Assembly: GCA_965222375.1 (NCBI GenBank)
Contig: CBDCTZ010000011.1
Location: 32,001-96,000, forward strand
Reading direction: 5' to 3'
DNA length: 64,000 bases
From: Polyangiaceae bacterium
GTDB taxonomy: Bacteria > Myxococcota_A > Polyangia > Polyangiales > Polyangiaceae
Position numbers and translations under genes: made by a program. This document shows, one piece after another, positions 47,768 through 57,998 of the stretch (positions within the stretch are counted from its first letter, which is position 1; every line of letters begins with the position of its first letter). The notes beneath the pieces are model-generated. The model was not told the origin of the DNA and ran no database searches. It saw only the letters and a list, made by a program, of their open reading frames with translations.

Positions 47768-48436
47768 GTGCTGTCGACACGGGTCTGGTGGGTCATATTC
47801 TGTGGCGGGCTAGCTGCCTGCGCTCTCGACTCTCGAGGGGAGGGCGTCGGGCCAGGCGGCTTCGCTGACTCGGGGATCGGGTCCGGTGGCGTCTCAGGGG
47901 GTGGTGGGTTCGGCGTGGGTGGCGCGACCGGAGGGGCGCCGGCCACGGGTGGCACTTCTGGAACCGGCGGCACGCCAAGCACAGGCGGTGTCTCAGGTAC
48001 AGGTGGCGCTCCCGCCACGGGCGGCACACCAGGTACGGGGGGAGCTCCGAGTAGCGGCGGCACGCCCGCAACCGGAGGCACGCCGGCGACGGGTGGAATT
48101 CCGAATACTGGCGGCACCCCCGCGACGGGTGGAATTCCGAATACTGGCGGCACCCCCGCGACGGGTGGCACCCCCGCGACGGGTGGCACCCCTGCGACGG
48201 GCGGCACTCCTGCGACGGGCGGCACTCCTGCTACGGGTGGCACCCCGGGCAGCGGTGGCGGCTCAAACTGCAAGCAACAGGGGCAAGGTTGCAGCATCAC
48301 CGGGCAGAATTGCTGCGCTCAACTCTATTGTGACGCTTTTGCCGGCCCTGGATGCAAGGCATGCAAGCCCAAGGGCGCCGGCTGCGCCTTCGACATCGAG
48401 TGCTGCAACAAGTGCACGTTCTTTACGTGTTCCTGA
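47768..48436 (+). CDS. Gly/Thr-repeat lipoprotein with Cys-rich tip
   Basis: Lipobox LAAC; (GGTPAT)n; C-terminal Cys modules. Confidence 0.8.
   Translation: MLSTRVWWVIFCGGLAACALDSRGEGVGPGGFADSGIGSGGVSGGGGFGVGGATGGAPATGGTSGTGGTPSTGGVSGTGGAPATGGTPGTGGAPSSGGTPATGGTPATGGIPNTGGTPATGGIPNTGGTPATGGTPATGGTPATGGTPATGGTPATGGTPGSGGGSNCKQQGQGCSITGQNCCAQLYCDAFAGPGCKACKPKGAGCAFDIECCNKCTFFTCS
47930..48250 (+). repeat. 18-bp coding tandem repeat (GGxPxT)
   Basis: Units like ACGGGTGGCACCCCCGCG; ~36-bp duplication at 48086-48157. Confidence 0.85.
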
Positions 48437-48447
48437 GAGGTGTGACA

Positions 48448-49032
48448 GTGAGTCGATTCAAAGTGGGTTCGCTCGCGTTGGTCGTAGCCGGCGTGGTCGG
48501 CGCGGCGGGGTGCGGAAGTGATGACGATTCGGGAGGTGGCTCCGGCGGCGCAAGTGGAACCGGTGCGACTGGCGCAGGAGGTGGCAGTGCGGGCACGAGC
48601 ACGGGTGGCGCGAGTGGCGCGGCCGGTTCGAGTAGCGGGGGCGGCGCGGGCGCGAGCAGCGGTGGTGCGAGTGGCAGCGGTGGAAGCTCGTCCGATGCCG
48701 GCTCCGACAGTGGCGCGGACTCGGGCACCTGCCTGACGGGGACCAAGCTGCTCGCCACGGTTCCCCCCGGTGGCGGCAGCAAATGCAGCTTCACGTTTAG
48801 CGGCAGCTACACGCCGGGGGCGGTCAATCTCTTGCTGACCCCCGGATGGGGAACGGTGTGTTTCGCTGGCAGTAGCAGTGGCTGCGGCAGCGGTGCATCT
48901 GCGGATGGCTGGTGGTTTGTGGGCCCAAACGAGATCGCGTTGTGTGACGCCACCTGCAACCGGTTCTACAAGCAGCCCGCCGGCAAGCTGACACTCCGCT
49001 TCGGCTGTGCCAGCGAAAGCTGCAATCACTAG
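48448..49032 (+). CDS. Gly-rich/Cys-rich lipoprotein
   Basis: Lipobox AAGC; DGW..I.LC..C....FGC domain. Confidence 0.8.
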   Translation: MSRFKVGSLALVVAGVVGAAGCGSDDDSGGGSGGASGTGATGAGGGSAGTSTGGASGAAGSSSGGGAGASSGGASGSGGSSSDAGSDSGADSGTCLTGTKLLATVPPGGGSKCSFTFSGSYTPGAVNLLLTPGWGTVCFAGSSSGCGSGASADGWWFVGPNEIALCDATCNRFYKQPAGKLTLRFGCASESCNH

Positions 49033-49179
49033 CCAAGCCCTGACGCTGGTCCGAGCCATCGGCGTGCGTTTCGGGGTCGAGTTTGACGGTGCGAACACCC
49101 CGAGCAGACCGTCGCAAAAACTGGGAACAATGCCCACGGAACCTGGTCCAAGGCGTGTCGGAAGCTGCAGGAGGTTCGA

Positions 49180-49620
49180 ATGCCACGCCACATGGTCCTG
49201 GTTCTGTGCGCGCTGACGGGTTGCTATGCGCCCGTGGAGCAAGGGTCAGCAACCAGGTCTGCGCCCATCAGCTATGGGGGCTACGCTGAAAGCGATATCT
49301 TCTGTACCTCCGGGCAGTTCTACATGCTGGTCGATGACGTGATGGGCGAGGACTGGAAGTTGACCGGCTACTATGAATCCGAACCCGTGGGTGGCCGCCG
49401 TTACCGTGCGACATCCCGTATCGAAGGCAAGGTCAAAGGTGGCCTGTTGGTGCTCGATAGCCGCGAGCTTCTGGAGAGCGACCCCCTGCCGCCCGGTCTC
49501 AAGTGGTGCATGGGCCAAACTCGCTTGCAGCCCGAGGCTGGCGATCTGCAAAAGCTGACCGGGCAGTTTCACTCCAAAGGCTGTGGCTGCAGGATGCAGG
49601 TGAGCTTGACGGGGCAGTAG
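49180..49620 (+). CDS. hypothetical lipoprotein
   Basis: RBS GGAGG; lipobox LTGC. Confidence 0.75.
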   Translation: MPRHMVLVLCALTGCYAPVEQGSATRSAPISYGGYAESDIFCTSGQFYMLVDDVMGEDWKLTGYYESEPVGGRRYRATSRIEGKVKGGLLVLDSRELLESDPLPPGLKWCMGQTRLQPEAGDLQKLTGQFHSKGCGCRMQVSLTGQ

Positions 49621-49692
49621 CCTGCGGTTCCGGCCCCATAGAAATCCGGGAGCGCAGGTGGCAGGTCACGCATACGGCTTGCCATCGGCGGT

Positions 49693-50304
49693 GTGATCCC
49701 CACAAATTGCTCCGTGCCCGCCGACCTCGAAGCGGAGCTGGAGTTTTCGGTTCCGGACATGACCGCACCCCTAGACGTGGCGGCGCATCGCGCGTTGGCG
49801 GCACCACCCTGCAGCGTCAAGGGCATGTTCTTCCAAGCGCTGTTCGAGGCGTTGCCCACGGGAATGCCCGAAGGCAAACGCTACGTGTCGTTTCGTGCCT
49901 ACCCCATGCTCGAATATATGGACCTGCTGCTCGATGCGGCCAAGACGCTGCATCCCCGACGTCCAATCCGCGAAGGTCTGCGTCGCGTGGGGCATTTGGG
50001 GTACCCCACCTTCGCCAACAGCTTGATTGGTCGCGTGATCATGGGTGTACTCGGCAACGACCTGGATGCCATCGTTGGGCGCGCGCCCCGTGCCTACGCA
50101 GTCAGCATCGAGCCAGGGCGAGTCACGAGCCAGCGCGTTGCCGAGCAGCACTGGCGCATGGCGTTTACCAAGGTTCCCAACTTCATCGATTGCTACCAGC
50201 TAGGCGTCGTGGAGGGAGCGATCTTGCATTGCGGGGCAAGGCCACGGATCGAGGTCTGTACTCAGGCCATCGACTCGGCGGTCCTCGACGTGCGTTGGAC
50301 TTAG
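49693..50304 (+). CDS. DUF2378 family (Myxococcales-restricted) protein
   Basis: VKGMFF, Y..F..YP..E, F..S..GR, G..EG. Confidence 0.85.
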   Translation: MIPTNCSVPADLEAELEFSVPDMTAPLDVAAHRALAAPPCSVKGMFFQALFEALPTGMPEGKRYVSFRAYPMLEYMDLLLDAAKTLHPRRPIREGLRRVGHLGYPTFANSLIGRVIMGVLGNDLDAIVGRAPRAYAVSIEPGRVTSQRVAEQHWRMAFTKVPNFIDCYQLGVVEGAILHCGARPRIEVCTQAIDSAVLDVRWT

Positions 50305-50314
50305 GTAGACATGC

Positions 50315-53167
50315 TCACGGCAGCTCCGTGCGCCGCGTATCCACAGCCAGGAACAGGCGCAGGCTACCTTGGTGCACGAAGCTGAAATCCTCCAGTCCGT
50401 CGCCGTTGACGTCGCCGGTTGCCGCCGACAAGTAGGCCCCAAAACCCGAGCCGATTCCGCCTACTGCTAGAGGTTCGTCCCCCCCTGGCCCAGGGTCGGG
50501 CGCGTTTCCGGGCAAGGGCTGCGGAGCTCCGAAGAAACCCGTCTCGAACACTCGTCGTAGCACGACGAGGGTTCGACCTCCCAGATCGATCTCAGCCAGC
50601 TCGACGCCCTGGCTAGTGAGCAGCAAGAGCTCTGTGGCCGGGTCTCGATCCGCTTGAATCGGTAGCAGGCCAAGCAAGGTCAGTTTTTCGGGGGTTTTCA
50701 GGACGATGGGGTCTTGGGTGTCTAGCCCGCCGTCGCGCTGTAGCAAGACCATGGCGGACAACTTGCCCTCACCATCGTCGAATCCGAGGGCAACTAGGTC
50801 TTGGCCAGGTTGTTCGTCGACATCTGCCGCAAACAACTGGCCAGTGCTCGCTTCGTCGATGTTGAAGTTGCCTCCGGCGGAGGAGGTGGCGCTCACGCCA
50901 GCGCGCACGACCTCGCAGGGAAAACGCTCGAGCACCGGCGCACTGAAAAGCAGCGGAAGCTCCACGGGTGGATCTGGACTAACCCAGCTGCCGGAGCCGT
51001 CGACCCGCCAGGTCGTTACGGCACCGGCGCCCTTCTTGTCGCTCTCTTTCTTCCGGCCGAGAAAGACGAGTTCGCTCCGGCCATCGCTACCCAGATCCAA
51101 GGGGACTCCGAGTGCGGCGCAGTAGTCGAAGTCCTTCGAAGTATCGGGACCGGGTTTGGCGGACTGCTCATTGAGCTCGGCTTCGCCGGTTGAGGGGAGG
51201 TGCCAGTTGCGCAGTACAAAGTCGGCATTGGACAGGCGGTTGACGTCGATAGCCAGCGCGCTGATGTCGTCGTGGCTATCTCCATCGAAGTCGCCGAGCC
51301 AGGTTCGGAGCGCTACATCCGGGTCTGTGCTTGCTCCGCCGTCCGTCAACTGGAATGGCGCGCTGAGCAAACGATTCGTAGAGCCCAGGAACACAGCCAC
51401 GCTTCGGCTTTCCCCGGTTTTCTCGTCGAAATAGCTGGAGAGTACGCCCAAGTCGTCCAGGTCGTCGAAGTCGTCAGAAGCTCCAATGCGACCAGAGACC
51501 ACCGACTGGACGGCCCCGAGTTGACCCACTGCGGCGGGAGGCTCCGGCGCGCCGAAGGCTCGGCCGAAGAGCACTGACACGGTGTCTCTCTGGTCAGGAT
51601 CTCCGCCGAAGCCGATCGACGGACCGAAGCTGGCGTAGGTTTGATACTTGGACTCGACGATGGCGACGTCTTGCAGCAGGTCCCCATCGAAGTCACCCAC
51701 GGTCAACCGACTCGGGAAGTTCTTGGTCGGGATCGAGAAACGATGAAAGCCGCCAGAGCCCGTATTGTTCCAAAACTCCAGGCGGCGCGAAGCGGAAGAC
51801 GCCGCGATGATGTCGAGGCCGACGGTGCCGTTGAATTGGCCAATACGGGCGTCGTTCCAGTCGTCCTCGGACTTGATGCACGAGTAGCCGGGCACGACTT
51901 GAAAGCAGTCGCTTGGTCCTGGGCCGCTGATGAGCACGGCGCCGGGTAGGACCAGGTCCAGCTTTGTGTCGGCATTCAAGAACCCGATGGCCAAAGGCAC
52001 GGCTGGCAGGCTCGTAGGAACTTGTAGGAATGTCTGGTCTGCTGGTTGCCCCGTCGTTGGCAGGTTGTCTTTGTCCGAATGGAAGCTGCCGTCGCCACGA
52101 CCAAAGGCAACATATAGGTCGAGGCCGCCCAGGGGGCCGCCGTCGTCGCTTGCCCCGGCCACCACCAGGTCCAAATGTGCATCGCCGTTCAGGTCGAGAA
52201 TGAAAGGGCTCGACTGCACTCGGCCTTTGGCGGGCATTTTCACTGGCGGGTACACTCCTGGGTCGTCGTTCCAGGCAGAGTTCTTCGTGGCAAAGCTCTT
52301 CCACTTGGCAGGCGAGAAAACGTACACGGCGGTGCCATTCGACTCTGCTAGCAGGAACTCTTCCCATGGCGAGAGAGGCTCCTGGGTAGGCGCAAGACGT
52401 GTGTCGAGCTGGCCGTGCGCGATCGAGCCCGCCAAGTTCTGCACATCGAAGGGCAGGCTGAACAGCGGGACCGAGTCTGTCGTGCTGCGCACATTCGTCC
52501 CTGCGAAACTGAGGATCTCGTCGCCGAAGTAGTCATCTCCGTCAGGTGGTCGTGCGTCCAACACAACGTAGGCAACGGTATCCAGGACGGGAATGGACGA
52601 GTAGCTCGTTGGCGCCAAGGTCCGGTCTGCGCGCCCGCGTAGTACGTTGATTGCACCGCTGCCCACGTCGACCAGGTCAAAACGGGCCGGTTGCTGCGCC
52701 AGCTGTTCTGAGTCCGTTAGTTGACCCACAGAGGGTCGAGCGAAGCCGGTCGGCACTTGCGTGGTCGTGACGACCGCCGCTCGCGCGTCCAGGTAGGAAA
52801 CTCGAATTCCCAGGGACGGATCCATGCTGACCAAGTCCCGAATGCCATCGCCGTCCATGTCGGCGAGCTGAGAGAACACGTCTTGCTCGGACTGGAGCTC
52901 ATTTGCGAGTTCAAACCGGCCTGTCGCGAAACGACACACTCCGTCGCTGCCGCACTGGAAGCTGTCCGGACACGCGAGTTCGGAACCGCACAAGAAGCGA
53001 CACGCGCTCGCGGTCTCCGGCGTGCCGCAGCCACTCCCGGGACCGTCACAATCTTCCCCGGACTCGATCACCCCGTTCCCGCAAACACCCGCATCTAGAT
53101 CTCGCAGGTCCGCGCAACCCGAAACCGCGAAGAGCGCAGCCAGCCCAATCCCGAGCCTTTTTCCCAT
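50315..53167 (-). CDS. FG-GAP/VCBS repeat lipoprotein
   Basis: Lipobox VSGC; CGNGVIE.GEDCD; many D.DGD...D motifs. Confidence 0.9.
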   Translation of the reverse strand: MGKRLGIGLAALFAVSGCADLRDLDAGVCGNGVIESGEDCDGPGSGCGTPETASACRFLCGSELACPDSFQCGSDGVCRFATGRFELANELQSEQDVFSQLADMDGDGIRDLVSMDPSLGIRVSYLDARAAVVTTTQVPTGFARPSVGQLTDSEQLAQQPARFDLVDVGSGAINVLRGRADRTLAPTSYSSIPVLDTVAYVVLDARPPDGDDYFGDEILSFAGTNVRSTTDSVPLFSLPFDVQNLAGSIAHGQLDTRLAPTQEPLSPWEEFLLAESNGTAVYVFSPAKWKSFATKNSAWNDDPGVYPPVKMPAKGRVQSSPFILDLNGDAHLDLVVAGASDDGGPLGGLDLYVAFGRGDGSFHSDKDNLPTTGQPADQTFLQVPTSLPAVPLAIGFLNADTKLDLVLPGAVLISGPGPSDCFQVVPGYSCIKSEDDWNDARIGQFNGTVGLDIIAASSASRRLEFWNNTGSGGFHRFSIPTKNFPSRLTVGDFDGDLLQDVAIVESKYQTYASFGPSIGFGGDPDQRDTVSVLFGRAFGAPEPPAAVGQLGAVQSVVSGRIGASDDFDDLDDLGVLSSYFDEKTGESRSVAVFLGSTNRLLSAPFQLTDGGASTDPDVALRTWLGDFDGDSHDDISALAIDVNRLSNADFVLRNWHLPSTGEAELNEQSAKPGPDTSKDFDYCAALGVPLDLGSDGRSELVFLGRKKESDKKGAGAVTTWRVDGSGSWVSPDPPVELPLLFSAPVLERFPCEVVRAGVSATSSAGGNFNIDEASTGQLFAADVDEQPGQDLVALGFDDGEGKLSAMVLLQRDGGLDTQDPIVLKTPEKLTLLGLLPIQADRDPATELLLLTSQGVELAEIDLGGRTLVVLRRVFETGFFGAPQPLPGNAPDPGPGGDEPLAVGGIGSGFGAYLSAATGDVNGDGLEDFSFVHQGSLRLFLAVDTRRTELP

Positions 53168-53356
53168 GCCGCGTAGACTAGCCGCATGGCGCACACGTTG
53201 CATCAGGGGGGCTTCGCTCTGCACTTCCTGCGTTTGGCTCGAGTCACGGGAGCGCAGCAACTCCAGGGTGCTTCGGGCTGCGTTGTTTGGACCAGGCACG
53301 CTTCACCACGACGAAAAGCAGCGGCGCAGGGATTTCACCCAGCGCAGCGCACCCCT

Positions 53357-53373
53357 CGGGCACGACCATTGCT
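53357..53373 (+). promoter_or_regulatory. putative sigma54 promoter of the cytochrome gene
   Basis: CGGGCACGACCATTGCT: GG-N10-GC; RBS GGAGG at 53390. Confidence 0.65.
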
Positions 53374-53400
53374 AGGGTGCCGGGCACACGGAGGGTGATC

Positions 53401-54228
53401 ATGAGAGGTTTCGTAATCCGCGCACTGCCCATTCCAGTGCTCATCTTGGCAGGCTGTGGCAGCCCGAGCTCCCAACCCGCGGCGGCACCGACGCCGACGG
53501 ATACACCGGAGCCGGCGGCCACGGCTGCACCTGAGGAGCCGCCCCCCACGGATGAGCCCGCGGCTGCGGCGGAAGAGGAGGAAGCACCGGACCTCAAACC
53601 CGTTGCGGAAGAACCACCTCCAGGGTCACCCCGAGAGATGCTCATGCGAGCACACTTCAAGGAGACGGAGTTGATCCGTATCGCTGTGATCAACGGCAAT
53701 CTGTCCAAGGCAGTGGGTCCCGCAAAGAAGCTCGCCGCCAGCGACGAAGGCAAGAAGCTCGTGAAAGGTCGCCCTGCGCTGGCAGCGATGAAGAAAGCCG
53801 CCTCGCGCATCGGAACGAGTGTCGACATCCCCGCGGCGGCCGCGGCGGCCGCCGACATTGGCAAGGCCTGTGGCGCGTGCCATCGCGCCGGTGCCGGACC
53901 CAAGGTCGAGGTGGGTGCCGCGCCGACCGCCGGCAAGAGTCTCAAGAGCCGCATGCGACGGCACGTGTGGGCGACGGATCGACTTTGGGAGGGCCTCTAC
54001 GGGCCGTCCGAAGCCGCGTGGAAGGCGGGCGCGGAGGCTCTCAGCGGTGAGCCCTTCCCCAAGGCCGTCTACAAGAAGGGTGGCGTGCACGCGAGGAGCG
54101 CCGCTGATCGCTTGAAGCGGCTCGTTGGCGATACGGCAGCTCAGAAGACACCCGACGCTCGCGCCAAGATGTACGCGTCACTGCTCGAGACGTGTTCGTC
54201 TTGCCACTTCGTTTCGAAGGGCAACTGA
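53401..54228 (+). CDS. diheme c-type cytochrome lipoprotein (cytochrome c'-like)
   Basis: Lipobox LAGC; CGACH and CSSCH each ending a helical domain. Confidence 0.85.
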   Translation: MRGFVIRALPIPVLILAGCGSPSSQPAAAPTPTDTPEPAATAAPEEPPPTDEPAAAAEEEEAPDLKPVAEEPPPGSPREMLMRAHFKETELIRIAVINGNLSKAVGPAKKLAASDEGKKLVKGRPALAAMKKAASRIGTSVDIPAAAAAAADIGKACGACHRAGAGPKVEVGAAPTAGKSLKSRMRRHVWATDRLWEGLYGPSEAAWKAGAEALSGEPFPKAVYKKGGVHARSAADRLKRLVGDTAAQKTPDARAKMYASLLETCSSCHFVSKGN

Positions 54229-54275
54229 CCAACCCAAAACACCAAACCGCAGGTGGCGGGCACATGTGCTCGCGT

Positions 54276-57158
54276 CTAGGGCGCGAGCACGTATCGGCTG
54301 GCGTTGTTACCACCACCCACGCGCAACACGCTGCCGTCCGCAAAAAGAGAGAACGGTGAGGTCAGCGAGCTCAGCTCGGCCGGGATTTCGCTGAGCTCGC
54401 CAGATGAAGTGACTGCAAAGAGCTTCGCAGTGTTGCCGGCTCCGAGGACCGCGTAGGTCTTGCCATTGCTGCTCGAAGCGAAGGCGCCCGTTGCGGCTTG
54501 CCCAGCGCCAATCGCCAAGCCGACGCTAGCGTAGTCGAGACGAGCGAAGCTGCGATCCCTTGTGTCGATGCGACTCACCCACGCTTGGGCCCCCGCGGCG
54601 ATCGGTTGGGAGAATAGGAATGGGCCGCCGCCATGGTGGACCATGGGCTGCAAGAACGTCGTGCCGCTGGCCAGCGTGGTTGTTTCGTTGAAGACCGTTC
54701 CGTCGGTGGTTCGGCAAAAGTAGTCGCCGCCCGAATTCGAGGTCGAGCAGAAGGTGCCTTCTTCATCGGCCATACCTTGGACGGCCGTGAAGCCCGCGGG
54801 CACCGGGACGACCTTGCCGCCGGTCTGCAGTACGGTGCCATCGCCCATCACGGCGCCACCCGAAGGCAGGGCCGCCGTCACCGTGCTTGCGGTCGCTTCC
54901 ATCACCAGGCTCGTCCCGTCGATTCCGGAGAACCCCTGGAAGGAGCAGAGGCCTGGGCCGGCGCAGGTGCGGACCTGCCCCCCGCAGCCTGTGGTGCAGT
55001 CGTACCAATAGCCACCGCTCGCATCCCGCACCATGTGAACGCTCGTCGCCGAAGCATAGACCGCGCGAAACGTACCCCAGGGCGCCCCGGTGACGTCCGC
55101 TTCGAAAGTTCCCAAGGCGCCGTTGCTGACGGTGACCTGAGTCGGCTCGTTCGGGATCTGGAGCAGCATCGAACCCGCGCCCGGGACCGGGCCCTGCACC
55201 ACGATCGTGGGCCCCGGCTGCCATGCGCTCGCGACCGTGGGTTGAATCACCGCGCAACGCCCCTGGTTGATGAGGAAGGCCTCAGCTTCCGTGTCATCTA
55301 GGTGCCAGCCAGCTCGACTCACTTCGGTGGCGGGCGTGGACCAACACACCCGCGCGCCGCCAGAAACCGTGGTTGCCCACACCGTAGATGCGACAGGTGG
55401 CGGCACGGCTTCGTTGGGTGGGGTCGGGATGCTGGCTTTCCAGAGGTAGATGTCGCCCACCGGGCGAAAGGTCTTTCTCGACACCCCCCAAGGGCTGTCG
55501 GCGCTAGTGACGACGGTTTCGGCTATCCACTCGCGCCCATGCGACGTCACGACGATGAAGTCATCGCCGCTCAGGCGCGCCGCCCCGACTCCCCGGTGGC
55601 CGGCTGGAAGGAGCAAGCCAGCGAGCTCCCGCTCCAAAAGCTCGCCATCCCGGATGCTCCACTGGGTCAGATGTCCACTGACCCCGACGGAGGTGAGCTC
55701 CTCACCTTCGCCGGGCACCACGCGAAAAGCTGGCCGACCGTGCATGATTCCGAAACGCACACCACGACTGCCACGAGCATCAACGCGTGCGAGGGCGTAG
55801 CGATTGAGCCCGCCTTCGGTTGGCTCCCAACGAAGCAGCGACACCGCGCCGTCATTTTCCGGAAACGCCTGCACCGCGGCATAGGGGCCTTCACCGTTCA
55901 GGCCTCCTCCGTCGTCGAAGAGCCTCAACCATGGGTCGAGGTAGCCATTGCCGCGCTCGTAGACCTCGGCTGCGCTGTTGATACGCTTGCTGCTGCCGAC
56001 AGGCCCCAGATCCCAGACACCCCATCCCGTGCTGGCGTAGCCGACGGAGAGCACATTGCCATTTCGCGCTGCTCCGTCGAACGCGCCGACCCAGTGGTTT
56101 CCCTCGTCGTTGGGATCCCTTGCGACGCCCAAGCGTCCCGGCTTGTCCGCTCCGAACTGAAGGGCGCTGCCGGACCCGACGTCGAACAACGCGTAGCCAG
56201 GGGGACATCCGTTCGTGTCCGGGATCGTGAAGCTTCCGTCGAGGCCGACCTGCGTGCAGCGAAAGGAGGGCTCGCGAACCAACGCTCCATCGTTGCGCGT
56301 GACTTCCGTGGCCAGCTCCAAGCGAAGATCGAAGGTGCCTCCCACCTGCGGTTGGGTGAGTGTGACACCGACGACCGTCGTGCGCTCCAGCACGGGCTTT
56401 CCGCCGAAGAGAGGAGACAAGGACGCGGTCTGGACTTCAGGCTTCACTTGCGCAGCCGCGTCGAGGGCTACGGTTCGATGCTCGTGCTTCGTGCCCATGA
56501 AGTCGACGAAGGCGCCAGCGGCGTCGTAGTGCAGCAGCGGGTAGGGAGCCCCACCGAGCGGGCCGCGTCCCTCCATGAATTCCATGCTTCCGCCGACGGG
56601 GTCCACCTCGGACGCAGCAAATCGCCGACTATCGTGGACGTCTCGTGGCCCTTTCCATTCGATGGTCCACACCGGCGCTGTGCCGAGATCCGTGGTCCGC
56701 TCCTCCACCCCGGTGACCTCGAACTTCAGCGGGCCCTTGGGAAAGGACGTGGCACCGTCTGCGGGAAAGTGGGGAGCGATTTGTAGCGGGACGGTCCACC
56801 TCATGCCCACGCGCACGGTGGCTGGGATGAAGAGTACCGGGGTCGGGAGTCTGCCGGCTTTGGCCCACTCAGGTGCATCCACGAGGTAGATGCCGTCGGT
56901 ATTCTGCAGAAGTTCGAAGCTGCGGTCGCTGAACTGCCCGGTGTAGTGGGTTTCATTTGCTTCGTCCTGTGCGTCCGAGATGACAATGCGACCGCTGTCG
57001 CCGAAAGCCGAGTAGCCCCGCGCCAGAGGCCATAGAGCAGCTGCGTTTGGTGGTCCGCTGCCAGGGCTGTCTATGGTTGTTGCGGCCCCCGGGGCATCAT
57101 CGTCGGAGCCGCCACAGCCCGCAGGCGGGACTGCGAGTGCGAAAGCAAGCCAGCGCAT
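54276..57158 (-). CDS. large hypothetical lipoprotein
   Basis: 960-aa ORF; PAGC lipobox-like; beta-rich. Confidence 0.75.
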   Translation of the reverse strand: MRWLAFALAVPPAGCGGSDDDAPGAATTIDSPGSGPPNAAALWPLARGYSAFGDSGRIVISDAQDEANETHYTGQFSDRSFELLQNTDGIYLVDAPEWAKAGRLPTPVLFIPATVRVGMRWTVPLQIAPHFPADGATSFPKGPLKFEVTGVEERTTDLGTAPVWTIEWKGPRDVHDSRRFAASEVDPVGGSMEFMEGRGPLGGAPYPLLHYDAAGAFVDFMGTKHEHRTVALDAAAQVKPEVQTASLSPLFGGKPVLERTTVVGVTLTQPQVGGTFDLRLELATEVTRNDGALVREPSFRCTQVGLDGSFTIPDTNGCPPGYALFDVGSGSALQFGADKPGRLGVARDPNDEGNHWVGAFDGAARNGNVLSVGYASTGWGVWDLGPVGSSKRINSAAEVYERGNGYLDPWLRLFDDGGGLNGEGPYAAVQAFPENDGAVSLLRWEPTEGGLNRYALARVDARGSRGVRFGIMHGRPAFRVVPGEGEELTSVGVSGHLTQWSIRDGELLERELAGLLLPAGHRGVGAARLSGDDFIVVTSHGREWIAETVVTSADSPWGVSRKTFRPVGDIYLWKASIPTPPNEAVPPPVASTVWATTVSGGARVCWSTPATEVSRAGWHLDDTEAEAFLINQGRCAVIQPTVASAWQPGPTIVVQGPVPGAGSMLLQIPNEPTQVTVSNGALGTFEADVTGAPWGTFRAVYASATSVHMVRDASGGYWYDCTTGCGGQVRTCAGPGLCSFQGFSGIDGTSLVMEATASTVTAALPSGGAVMGDGTVLQTGGKVVPVPAGFTAVQGMADEEGTFCSTSNSGGDYFCRTTDGTVFNETTTLASGTTFLQPMVHHGGGPFLFSQPIAAGAQAWVSRIDTRDRSFARLDYASVGLAIGAGQAATGAFASSSNGKTYAVLGAGNTAKLFAVTSSGELSEIPAELSSLTSPFSLFADGSVLRVGGGNNASRYVLAP

Positions 57159-57290
57159 GACCCACAAGCTTACAATTTTTTGCAGAGCAGGGAAAAGTCG
57201 GGGCGGGATGCGGCCGGGCAAAGCGTTAGGTGCGGCTGAGGCTCTTGCCACGCTCGACCTGCCCTCGCTCTGACAGTATGGACCAATCCC

Positions 57291-57890
57291 ATGGAGCCGC
57301 ATCGATTGCAGCGACGGGATGCTCGGGAGCCATCCTTTGCGATGAGCAATGCTCAGCTGTTGCTCTATGTGCTGCTCGCGTCTCTCACCATGTTGTTCGC
57401 ATCATCGATCGTTGCGTTCGTTTACACGAGGCTCGCCAACCCTGTGTGGCGCACACCGGAGATGCCCAGGTTGCCGACAGGCTTGGCGGCGTGCACGCTG
57501 TTCTTGCTTATGGTCAGCGGCGGCATGGAATGGGCGCGATCTGCCATGAAGCGCAATCAGTTTTCAGCGGTGAAGCGGGCAATAACGCTGACCGCCGCAG
57601 CATCCCTCGCATTCTTGGTTTCCCAAGCGGCGAACTTCAACCAGATCGCAGCGGCGTCCGATGTGTCAGGACCGAGGACGCTGTACGCATTCACTTTCTA
57701 CATGCTCACGGGTCTGCACGCAGTGCACGTCGTCGGAGGTCTGATTCCGCTGTCGATCGTGATGGTGCGAACGCATCGCGGGGCGTATTCGAGCTCTCGC
57801 TACGAGGGGTTGCATCTATGCGCCCAGTACTGGCACTTCCTGGGTGTGGTGTGGGTCGTGCTGCTGGGGACGCTGCTGCTGATAACGTGA
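57291..57890 (+). CDS. heme-copper oxidase subunit III family protein
   Basis: FYMLTGLHAVHV, YWHFL..VW. Confidence 0.9.
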   Translation: MEPHRLQRRDAREPSFAMSNAQLLLYVLLASLTMLFASSIVAFVYTRLANPVWRTPEMPRLPTGLAACTLFLLMVSGGMEWARSAMKRNQFSAVKRAITLTAAASLAFLVSQAANFNQIAAASDVSGPRTLYAFTFYMLTGLHAVHVVGGLIPLSIVMVRTHRGAYSSSRYEGLHLCAQYWHFLGVVWVVLLGTLLLIT

Positions 57891-57998
57891 GGAGCTGGTG
57901 CCCGTCGCAATTTGGTCGGAGTGCTGGGTGCGGCGAGTTGTCGCAGCATGACGGAAATCGTTGCCCCCTAACGCACTGTCGCCCCAGGCTGCCGAGCG

